Origin: a virus
Taxonomy: Duplodnaviria > Caudoviricetes
Strand: one strand, 5' to 3'
Length of the DNA: 39,117 bases
IMG/VR virus record: IMGVR_UViG_3300020718_000024
Span: 1 to 39,117 of that record
The notes under the pieces are model-generated. The model had not been told where the DNA came from, did not search any database, and saw only the letters and a program-made list of their open reading frames with translations. Shown here piece by piece: positions 18,771 through 26,120 of the stretch (position 1 is the first letter of the stretch; each line of letters opens with the position of its first letter). Position numbers and translations under genes: made by a program.

Positions 18771-19098
18771 CAGATGCCACAGGTGTTACACTGCTACTGG
18801 CAGCACTAAAAGCAGATGGCCCATAAGCATTGTTGGCACTTACGGTGAATGTATAAGCCGCTCCGTTGGTAAGGCACGTTACTTGTACAGGTGATGTTGT
18901 TCCGGTACCAGTTTTAAAACCGGGGCAGGATACAGCAGTGTATGATGTAATCGCCCCACCACCAACGCAGCTAGGAGCGGTAAACGCTACACAAGCTTTT
19001 GCATTAACGGCACCGTTGACCGCACCAATAGTAGGCGCATTTGCTACTTTTAAGCTATTAAAAGCACTGATTAAGCCGCCAATATACCGCTTGGACAT
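17938..19098 (-). CDS. Fibronectin type III domain plus six-repeat Kelch-like beta-propeller protein 1
   Basis: APTIG...VAFTAP...ITSYT...LTNGAAYTFTVSANNAYGPS is an FN3 pattern, followed by six repeats. Confidence 0.72.
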   Translation of the reverse strand: MSKRYIGGLISAFNSLKVANAPTIGAVNGAVNAKACVAFTAPSCVGGGAITSYTAVSCPGFKTGTGTTSPVQVTCLTNGAAYTFTVSANNAYGPSAFSAASSSVTPVASGTLAIFALGNGTTRNKYTYSGDVNSSATASNAASTGGAATGIPASGIFALGNATKTREKYIYSGCSVTSATASGTNSYGTTAAGNSVIGIFSLGSSSGGTCGETSTREKYTYSGCSVSSATSATANSYTGSAVGNSTVGIFALGYTTAGATTRNKYTYSGDSVTSGTSATTASYYQSATGNSTVGIFALGFTTGESTTRNKYTYSGDTNATATAATSAAHAGAAAGNSTVGIFALGNNLTSRDKYTYSGCVVVSGTASCAASKFGSAASNGTCGVNV

Positions 19099-19112
19099 AA
19101 TGTTACCTTGCG

Positions 19113-19508
19113 TCAGCTAATTGCTTCATAACTTATGCTGTAGGTTATTCCGCTTGCCGTACCAGACGTAACCGTAATGGACGTGCCTTCTGTCAGATAA
19201 ATCGCCGTCGTCTTATCCGTTACGATCAATGATGCGTTTGCTGGAACGGACACAGTGGATACAACTGGGTATGCTGTACCGCCTGATGGAGCCGAACCTT
19301 GCGCTACCGCACCGTTGGTATAAATGGATACCGTGGCATTGACCGCCGTGGAGCCGTTTACGTTGGCGGCTACAATTTGGTCAATACGATAAACCGTGTT
19401 GGAACCGGAAGCATTGGCAAGCAGCACCACGGCAGACGTTCCCGACGGGGTGTAGTAGGTAGTGTTACCTGTGAGCGTTGTTAGTGCCGCCAAATTTGGA
19501 TTTGACAT
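19113..19508 (-). CDS. Small beta-rich tail fibre adaptor/connector protein
   Basis: 131 aa, MSNPNL...IVAANVNG...VSVPANASLIV...IYLTEG...SYEAIS; sits between the fibre and the propeller genes; GGAG SD. Confidence 0.6.
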   Translation of the reverse strand: MSNPNLAALTTLTGNTTYYTPSGTSAVVLLANASGSNTVYRIDQIVAANVNGSTAVNATVSIYTNGAVAQGSAPSGGTAYPVVSTVSVPANASLIVTDKTTAIYLTEGTSITVTSGTASGITYSISYEAIS

Positions 19509-19517
19509 TTATAACTC

Positions 19518-22094
19518 CTAAAAACCCAGAATCATGGAATATGCTATCGCCTGTGCCTTGCTAGGTCCAGACGCAGCAGGTGTTGAAGATACCCACGTCG
19601 TACCGTTTGACGTTAACACATTGCCAGATGTTCCCGGCGCAACAACTTGTAAAGCCGATGTGCCATTTCCTAACAATACATTATTTGCGGTTAAACTACT
19701 AGCCCCTGTGCCGCCGTAAGCTACACCAATTACACTGGCATTCCATGTTCCGCTGGTAATTGTGCCAATGCTGACCAAGGATGATAGCGTTGTGACCGCC
19801 GTGTTAACCAATGTGCCGGATGTGGGCAGCGTTACGTTGGTGGCGGCTGTTGTCGTCAAGGTTAAAGAAAAAGCGCCTGACGTAGCAAGGGTTGAGCCAT
19901 CCGCCAAGGTTAAAGTAGAGCCCGTGGCAGGGGCCGTAATAGTGACTTTGTTAATGGATGTAGCGGAAGCAACACCCAATGTCGGCGTTACAAGCGTTGG
20001 CGAATTTGACAACACGTTGGAGCCGGACCCCGTGGATGTCGTAACACCCGTCCCGCCATTGGCTACGTTAAGTGTACCACTTAGTGTTATAGCGCCAGTT
20101 GTGGCGGAATTTGGCGTAAATCCTGTGGTGCCAGCACTAAATGACGTTACACCGCCCGTGGATGCGGCCCATGTAGCGGTTGTTCCATTGGATGTAAGCA
20201 CATAACCACTAGTGCCGATGGCAAGGCGGGTGGCGGTATTTGTTCCGCTACCAATAATCAGATCACCTAATGATGTAATAGGCGATAACGCATTAAACCC
20301 AGCAGATGCGGTTGTCTGGCCCGTACCGCCATAAGCAATACCGATAGCGGTAGCCGTCCATGTTCCCGCACTGACCGTGCCAAGGCCAGTGATGCCCGTA
20401 TAAGATCCACTAAGATACGATGAACCAATCGTTCCAGACGTAATTTGTGAACCGGAAATAGCAATGTTTGTGCTGGATGCCGCCGTTAGCTGGCCCTGTG
20501 CATTAACCGTAAAGGTTCCAACCGATGATGCGGAGCCATAAGAAGATGCAGTTACCGCCGTATTGGTAATGCTAAACGTATTGCCCGTAAGGGTGAGGCC
20601 CGTACCAGCAGAATAAGATACAGTTGCGCCAACTTGGATGAAATTAATGGCCGTTGTGCCAATCGTAATAGGAAGCGGCGTTGTTTGAATCCAAGATGTG
20701 CTGGCGTTTGCGGTCCCAAAAATAACAAAGATAAAATCGCCCGGCGCAATTTCATTTTGCCCCGTTCCCACTTGGTCATAGTCCGTAGCACGGGTTAAAA
20801 CCCAGTTTGTTGAGCCCGAACCTTGGTTAGTACACGTATAAACACCGTTATACGCCGCGTTTGATTCATTTTTAACCAAAACACGGGTGGCATTCGTTAC
20901 ATCCGTGGCGGTAAATGTATGCCCATCAATAACAAGTGCAGCCTGTGTACCCGCATTAGTAATTGTAGCACCAACACCAGAAGTTCCATTATTGTATGTA
21001 ACGGACCCTAAATCTGCCGTTGTAGCGTAGGATGCCGCCGTATGATAATTGACGTTGTTTAACGCATTATCAACATAAGCCTTGTTGGCAATATCATTGG
21101 CGTTGGACGGCGTAGTCGTAATTGTACCCGTGGTAAGGGTTACGGCATTGATTGTCGTATTAGTAGCGGACGTAATGCGGCCCTGTGCGTCCACCGTAAT
21201 GGCGGGAACAACAGATGAACTACCATACGTACCCGCAGATACCGCCGTATTAGCAAGGCTGATTGTGCCAGTGGTCGTAATTGGACCACCCGTTAAGCCA
21301 GTTCCCGTGTTAATCTGCTGAACTGTACCCGTACCAGTCAGGGTTAGCCATGCTGGATTGGCACTTGCGCCGCCAGAAGCAAGAACTTGCCCAGATGTAC
21401 CCGGCCCTAATGCCGACCAAGCCGATGCGCTACGGTATAAAACAGAACCTTGCGTACTGCTGGTTGCGCTATCAATAACGGATGAAAGTGAATTAGCGGA
21501 AGGAGCCGCCGATGACCCACTGACGTTTGCAAGCAACGTATTATTAGCAATAGAAGCTAAACTTAACGTCCGGGAGGTTGTTAATGTGCCGCCCCCAGTA
21601 AGTCCCGTTCCCGCATTAATGGATACGGTATTTGATGCATAACCTTGCGCCTGAACATAAGCTGTCGTCGCCAAAGTTGTGCTTGAATCGCCCGTTGATG
21701 GCGTTGGGGCAGTAGGTGTACCCGTAAATGCAGGGGAGGCTAACGGTGCCGCCCCTAATAGACTCATTGTTTGAGCTACAGTTAAATCCACTGGCGTACC
21801 GGACGAACCAGAATTGTTGCCCTTAATTGTACTGGCGGGCATATTCGCCAAATACGAATTGGTTAAACTGCCCGTCGTAAGACCAATGGTTCCAGTGGAC
21901 GTAATAGTGCCGCCCGATAACGGTGCTTGGGCGGTAATGGACGTAATACCCGTGATTGGGTACGTTGTCTGCGTATATTTGGCAATCTGATCAACCGTTA
22001 AATATACGGTTGTGCCATTTTGCACCGCAGGGATTTGGTTATTTGCGGTTGCCGCTGTCGTTGATGGCAGGTTTGAAATGGAAACATTTGACAT
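19518..22094 (-). CDS. Long tail fibre protein
   Basis: 858 aa, T/S/G/A-rich. Fibre motifs SPAFTGTPTAPT...LATTAYV, AGTGLTGGG, TVDAQGRITSA, ANKAYVD, RVLVKNE...NGVY...WVLTRATDYD, and repeated GGTG. Confidence 0.8.
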   Translation of the reverse strand: MSNVSISNLPSTTAATANNQIPAVQNGTTVYLTVDQIAKYTQTTYPITGITSITAQAPLSGGTITSTGTIGLTTGSLTNSYLANMPASTIKGNNSGSSGTPVDLTVAQTMSLLGAAPLASPAFTGTPTAPTPSTGDSSTTLATTAYVQAQGYASNTVSINAGTGLTGGGTLTTSRTLSLASIANNTLLANVSGSSAAPSANSLSSVIDSATSSTQGSVLYRSASAWSALGPGTSGQVLASGGASANPAWLTLTGTGTVQQINTGTGLTGGPITTTGTISLANTAVSAGTYGSSSVVPAITVDAQGRITSATNTTINAVTLTTGTITTTPSNANDIANKAYVDNALNNVNYHTAASYATTADLGSVTYNNGTSGVGATITNAGTQAALVIDGHTFTATDVTNATRVLVKNESNAAYNGVYTCTNQGSGSTNWVLTRATDYDQVGTGQNEIAPGDFIFVIFGTANASTSWIQTTPLPITIGTTAINFIQVGATVSYSAGTGLTLTGNTFSITNTAVTASSYGSASSVGTFTVNAQGQLTAASSTNIAISGSQITSGTIGSSYLSGSYTGITGLGTVSAGTWTATAIGIAYGGTGQTTASAGFNALSPITSLGDLIIGSGTNTATRLAIGTSGYVLTSNGTTATWAASTGGVTSFSAGTTGFTPNSATTGAITLSGTLNVANGGTGVTTSTGSGSNVLSNSPTLVTPTLGVASATSINKVTITAPATGSTLTLADGSTLATSGAFSLTLTTTAATNVTLPTSGTLVNTAVTTLSSLVSIGTITSGTWNASVIGVAYGGTGASSLTANNVLLGNGTSALQVVAPGTSGNVLTSNGTTWVSSTPAASGPSKAQAIAYSMILGF

Positions 22095-22823
22095 TTACGC
22101 ACCTGTCTGAACGATTTGCGTATACTGCGGAGGTATACCAACGGATGCCGTTACTATACGGGTATTTGGCCCTAAAAGTCCACCGGAAGGTATAGCAGAA
22201 TTAGCTTGATATGTAAAAACTGTAGCTGACAGAACAGTGATGCTATACATCCCCATAGCATTATTATTCGTCGTCCCCGTAACTGATATCTGGCTATTGG
22301 TTACAAGGCTGCTTGCGGATGAAAGTGTTACGGTAATATTAGTTGTGCCATCGGCGGTGATGGACATAACGGGCAACAAAATATCGTATTGCGTTTGGTT
22401 GATCAGCGGCATCAATGCATTTGGATCAAGGTCCGCTGGCTTACCAATAGGTTGAGCGGTAAGGTTTTGCCCATCTTCCGTAATCAAATCCACATTGTTA
22501 GGCACCGGAATGCCCGTTTGCGTATTAATGGTAAATCCGGGTTCCGCCAAATTGCTGGTATTGTATATGTCATACGAATCAGGGCGGGCGTTCAACACAG
22601 GAACTGGGTCTTGTGTAGTCAAAATAGGTTTCAACTGAGCCTGTGGCTTGTCATAGCATTTTTCGCAAACCAAGAATCGCAGGTTCTGCAACTGCGGGCC
22701 ACGGAAATCAAATTGCCATTTCAATGTTTTGTGTAAAAAAATGAACGAACACCTGTCGCATCTTCCCCATGCGGACGGAGCATTTGGATTTACATACGCA
22801 TGTCCATGAGGCCTATACGCCAT
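22095..22823 (-). CDS. Virion protein with N-terminal CxxC...CxxC zinc-binding motif and C-terminal beta domain
   Basis: Likely start MAYRPH at 22823 (GAGG SD). CDRC and CEKC motifs, then DPVPVLNARPD. Confidence 0.65.
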   Translation of the reverse strand: MAYRPHGHAYVNPNAPSAWGRCDRCSFIFLHKTLKWQFDFRGPQLQNLRFLVCEKCYDKPQAQLKPILTTQDPVPVLNARPDSYDIYNTSNLAEPGFTINTQTGIPVPNNVDLITEDGQNLTAQPIGKPADLDPNALMPLINQTQYDILLPVMSITADGTTNITVTLSSASSLVTNSQISVTGTTNNNAMGMYSITVLSATVFTYQANSAIPSGGLLGPNTRIVTASVGIPPQYTQIVQTGA

Positions 22824-23442
22824 AATTAACCTCATAACAAAAACGTTTTCCGCCTACAGTTTTCCTATGTCTTTTTCCCAAACACAATTCAATTAAAGCA
22901 CTTTTTGCTACATTATAAAATTTTGCCGCTTCACTAGCAGATGCATAAATTTTTTCATCGTCCAAACAAATGACTTTTTTTGCTGAAGCTGCCGGACCTT
23001 TAATTGCATGTTCTTTCCATTTATGAAAATTTTTATATGCAGCTTCTTTCAATTTTTGACGGGTTTCTTGAGTATGCGATTTGCCCAACCTGTAGGTGTT
23101 TCCTGCATGTGTTTCTCTAATTTTTTGTTTAGCTTCCTCAGACATAATTCCACCAAGACGACCGCCCCCGCCGCAAGTTGAATTATATTCTGGCCGCAAC
23201 TCAGAAATAACTTTTATTTCTAATTTTTTAGCGTCTTCCAAAGAATCCGCAAAATCCGCCTCATAAACATCAAACCCGTCAGGACCATATTTGCGAATTG
23301 CTTTGTAAAAAACACCCTCATTATGCCCCAATTTTGCATGAGACATATGTTCTGTCCAACGACGCAAAATTGAACGGCCCGTTATACCCACATAACGTTT
23401 ACCATTTAATTTATTTTCAGCGACGTATAGGGTGTAAACCAT
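22813..23442 (-). mobile_element. Free-standing GIY-YIG homing endonuclease with NUMOD3- and NUMOD1-like DNA-binding modules
   Basis: TLY-x10-YVG, conserved R, E and YN; SEEAKQKIR/HTQETRQKLK repeats; KKVICLD...YASASEAA...C. AT-rich and wedged between two structural genes. Confidence 0.88.
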
Positions 23443-23444
23443 TG

Positions 23445-24143
23445 CTATGATACTCTAAAATATGTTGAAAGCCCCGGCATAATATACAGCGGAACATTTT
23501 CCGTATCTTGCGTTGCGGCAATCGTATAAGCCTGATCCGCCTTTGCTTCCAGCATCTGCATCCGTTCCGGCGCATAAATTACCGCCAAACGTGCAGCCAA
23601 ACCAGATGCTAACGCATCCAACCAACGGTATGGAATACCAACGGTTTGAGCATCCGTTAGTTCCGCGTCCTGAATCTGCGTAACCGCATAGTAATTCAAT
23701 GTATATACATTGCTTTGGTCAGGAACGGGCCACAATGTCACCGTTGGATTAATTAAACGGTCAAACCAAAACACCGTAGGCGGTGCTTGTTGCAATTTAT
23801 TAGGCGTTTGGCTGTATTCTGTGCGGGAAATAGGCATAATGGCACGGTCAAACTGCGATGAAGTACCAGTATTTTGCTGAATAACGGCATCAAGAATCAT
23901 CACAACTTTGGCGGGAACCGTATACGTTGTCTGCCCCTGCACCAATGGTACAGAAATCAGTACAACTTCCCACAGATTGACCCCTTGGTTAGCCCAAGAG
24001 GCAAGCATAAAGTTGGTTTCAAACCGTGCATCCGTCATATGCTCCTGCATAATGGCGGTTCTGCGTACACCGCAACGTGCATACGCATTCAAGACGATTT
24101 CGCCAAGCGACGGATTGAAATTATACGTGCCGCTGGAAGTCAT
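23445..24143 (-). CDS. Head-tail adaptor/neck protein
   Basis: 232 aa. TSSGTYNF, WANQGVNLW, ISRTEY...PNK, LWPVPD and PYRWLDALASGLA pattern of podoviral adaptors. Confidence 0.7.
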   Translation of the reverse strand: MTSSGTYNFNPSLGEIVLNAYARCGVRRTAIMQEHMTDARFETNFMLASWANQGVNLWEVVLISVPLVQGQTTYTVPAKVVMILDAVIQQNTGTSSQFDRAIMPISRTEYSQTPNKLQQAPPTVFWFDRLINPTVTLWPVPDQSNVYTLNYYAVTQIQDAELTDAQTVGIPYRWLDALASGLAARLAVIYAPERMQMLEAKADQAYTIAATQDTENVPLYIMPGLSTYFRVS

Positions 24144-24152
24144 TTGCTATCC

Positions 24153-24950
24153 TTAAAAGATAGTACCGTCGTTTGCTACTAAAACACCGCCAATATTAAT
24201 GCTAACAACCGCTTGCGCCGTAACACTTGATGCAATTTGGAAGCGCAAATCAGTTTTTTCAACATATCCAAATGGAAAATGACGCTGCACTTCATATGTT
24301 GTATTAAATGGTGTAGCTACAATTAACTTTTGAACACCTGACGATGAATTGGTGATTGCCCGATACGTTGTATAATTTGCGGTATTTCCGTTAAAAGAAG
24401 AATAAGCGCCATAACGATAACCGTAAAATGTATAACCTGCGGGAACCGTATATACAGCCTGTTGAGATGCGCCAAGGCTTGATGTTGTTCCGTTAAATAC
24501 ACCTGTATTAATTTGTGCGTATGTTACGCCGCCGTTAATTAATGTTATGACACCGGATGGGTTGGTTGCGCTTCCAACAGAAACAAACATACTATTAATG
24601 CGAAAATACTGGTTTACCGTCGGCACGTTGGTTGTGCCATTTAAAACAAGGTTTTCGGTAATTACATTGTAATTAGCATCCAAACCAACAATTGTAATTG
24701 TTGCGGTATCGGTAATCACCGTACTAACAAGGTTCATTGTCACAGCGGAAGATGGAAACACATATTCCGTTGTAGCCATGTTCTCCCAAACGGTACGGAA
24801 TACACCAGCCGTTGCGGAGGTAGTGCCGTAACCAAAAATATTGGTGGGTGTATGGCCCGTAATTTGATTGCGGGAAACCTGCAATTCAAATGGTTCATAA
24901 TAACCACGTTTGGTGACGGAATCGTTAATTACATATGCTTGGCTGGTCAT
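24153..24950 (-). CDS. Virion structural protein (beta-rich)
   Basis: 265 aa, FELQVSRNQITGH...IFGY...VWE...GLDANY...YTVPAG...EKTDL. Confidence 0.6.
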   Translation of the reverse strand: MTSQAYVINDSVTKRGYYEPFELQVSRNQITGHTPTNIFGYGTTSATAGVFRTVWENMATTEYVFPSSAVTMNLVSTVITDTATITIVGLDANYNVITENLVLNGTTNVPTVNQYFRINSMFVSVGSATNPSGVITLINGGVTYAQINTGVFNGTTSSLGASQQAVYTVPAGYTFYGYRYGAYSSFNGNTANYTTYRAITNSSSGVQKLIVATPFNTTYEVQRHFPFGYVEKTDLRFQIASSVTAQAVVSINIGGVLVANDGTIF

Positions 24951-24952
24951 AA

Positions 24953-25117
24953 TTATTTACCTTTTTTACGTGCTACTGCAATATTATCAACAGCATTTGG
25001 ATAAGGGCGACCTGCCGCCCGTGCATGCGCTTTTGCAGTTGATTTCTGTTTTGCCGTCAAATGTTTGTGATGAGCATCTTTCTCAGCAGGCTGCTCCCAA
25101 AAAGGTTTTTTTTCCAT
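24953..25117 (-). CDS. Small basic protein (54 aa), below the ORF-track cutoff
   Basis: MEKKPFWEQPAEKDAHHKHLTAKQKSTAKAHARAAGRPYPNAVDNIAVARKKGK. TAATG-coupled to the upstream micro-ORF and ends 2 nt before the next ATG. Confidence 0.8.
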   Translation of the reverse strand: MEKKPFWEQPAEKDAHHKHLTAKQKSTAKAHARAAGRPYPNAVDNIAVARKKGK

Positions 25118-25197
25118 TATTTTTGCACCAATAAAATAATAATAATGCCGGAAAGGATAACATTGACGATTTCACCGAATGATAAACCTACAACCAT
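25117..25197 (-). CDS. 26-aa hydrophobic micro-protein (single TM helix)
   Basis: MVVGLSFGEIVNVILSGIIIILLVQK. Starts 1 nt after the upstream stop and overlaps the downstream start (TAATG). Confidence 0.65.
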   Translation of the reverse strand: MVVGLSFGEIVNVILSGIIIILLVQK

Positions 25198-25198
25198 G

Positions 25199-25444
25199 TT
25201 AGCAACCCCATTTGCGTAATGCTTTATTAACCCGGCTTTCAGGGTCGTGGGCATTTTTGTGATTGGTCATCTTGGAACGAACCCCCTCCATCCGACTACA
25301 AAATGACTTATGTCGGGAATTATGCGTATCTTTGGTCGGGGCTTTTAACGTGCCGCCCGTTTCAGAATGATAAGAAGCCCGTCCTTTGGCATTTAAGCCG
25401 CCAGAGGGTGATTTGCCTTCCGATCTTGTCCATGCAGCAGTCAT
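25199..25444 (-). CDS. Small basic phage protein (resembles DUF6321-type)
   Basis: AWTRSEGKSPSGGLNAKGRASY...LKAP...RHKSFCSRM...DPESRVNKALRKWGC; GGAGG SD. Family label is from recall. Confidence 0.7.
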   Translation of the reverse strand: MTAAWTRSEGKSPSGGLNAKGRASYHSETGGTLKAPTKDTHNSRHKSFCSRMEGVRSKMTNHKNAHDPESRVNKALRKWGC

Positions 25445-25455
25445 AAAAACCTCCG

Positions 25456-25482
25456 AAAGAAAGAAGGGGGCCGCAGCCCCCC
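25456..25482 (-). terminator. Intrinsic terminator-like hairpin
   Basis: Minus strand GGGGGC-TGCG-GCCCCC followed by TTCTTTCTTT, just after the stop at 25485. Confidence 0.65.
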
Positions 25483-25484
25483 AC

Positions 25485-25697
25485 TTAATGCTTAAATGTC
25501 TTCAACGTCTGAGCTAATCTGGCACGTTTAGCAAGAGTAGGGTTCTCACTATGCGCCGCTTTAGCTAACTTCTTGGCGGGGATTTTTTCCCCAGCCGGGA
25601 CGTGAAGCTGTCGGTGAAGTGCACCCGGATGCTTAATAGCACCCTGAATCCACTTGGTACCGCCGCCATCCGCATGATGCGGACGGCTTACGACTCC
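25485..25697 (-). CDS. Start-less basic domain, predicted -1 frameshift extension of the His-rich protein
   Basis: Frame reads GVVSRPHHADGGGTKWIQGAIKHPGALHRQLHVPAGEKIPAKKLAKAAHSENPTLAKRARLAQTLKTFKH*. No in-frame ATG/GTG/TTG near its 5' end, and an in-frame TAA lies shortly upstream. Confidence 0.7.
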   Translation of the reverse strand, partial: GVVSRPHHADGGGTKWIQGAIKHPGALHRQLHVPAGEKIPAKKLAKAAHSENPTLAKRARLAQTLKTFKH

Positions 25698-25702
25698 CCC
25701 GG
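25665..25702 (-). promoter_or_regulatory. Candidate programmed -1 ribosomal frameshift signal
   Basis: CCG GGG GAG, 6-nt spacer TCGTAA, then 10-bp hairpin GCCGTCCGCA-TCA-TGCGGATGGC. Confidence 0.6.
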
Positions 25703-26110
25703 CTCCACCATGCGGCCAGCAGGTGTCTTAACCTTGTTGGCAGCAGAAAATGGGCGCATCTCAGAACCACCAACTGCACCACCCGATTTACGGGCAGGGC
25801 GGTCAAGGCGGTGATGAGCATGGTGACCGTGCATTTCAAGGTGCTTATGCGCCTTGTGAGTACGACCGCCGCGTTTGCGGGCTGCATGCTTTTCTTTAGC
25901 TTCATGAACCGTTGGCGAATTGCCGCCAGCGTACACGTCCGAAGGCGTTTCGTCGTGATCTACTTCACCATGCATTGGCGATTCAACAGCGCCGCCCTTT
26001 TTGTGGGCAGCACGTTTCATGCTGTGCATGCTGTGCTTCTTAACCATGTGGTGAACATGATGACCGTGATGGTGTTCACCATGCATTTCGTGATGCTTAT
26101 GACCTTTCAT
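25688..26110 (-). CDS. His-rich basic protein with three K-x-G-G motifs (putative capsid-internal protein)
   Basis: 140 aa with 26 His counted; AAGGAG SD; motifs HKKGGAV, RKRGGRT, RKSGGAV. Confidence 0.8.
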   Translation of the reverse strand: MKGHKHHEMHGEHHHGHHVHHMVKKHSMHSMKRAAHKKGGAVESPMHGEVDHDETPSDVYAGGNSPTVHEAKEKHAARKRGGRTHKAHKHLEMHGHHAHHRLDRPARKSGGAVGGSEMRPFSAANKVKTPAGRMVEPGES

Positions 26111-26120
26111 GGTCTACTCC

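Noticed and set aside
15958-19098. Diversity-generating retroelement acting on the repeat genes
   Set aside because: No reverse transcriptase in the window and no template/variable repeat pair differing only at adenines.
15962-21642. Many plus-strand ORFs with repeated PEYVYL or V/P/A-rich sequences
   Set aside because: They are antisense shadows of the repetitive propeller and fibre genes, in register with their codons and without SDs.
22813-23442. Group I intron around the GIY-YIG gene
   Set aside because: No non-coding flanks for a ribozyme core, and both neighbouring genes appear intact.
25633-25905. 90-aa alternative-frame ORF overlapping the His-rich gene
   Set aside because: It is a different frame from the basic extension and does not look protein-like; it cannot supply the missing start.
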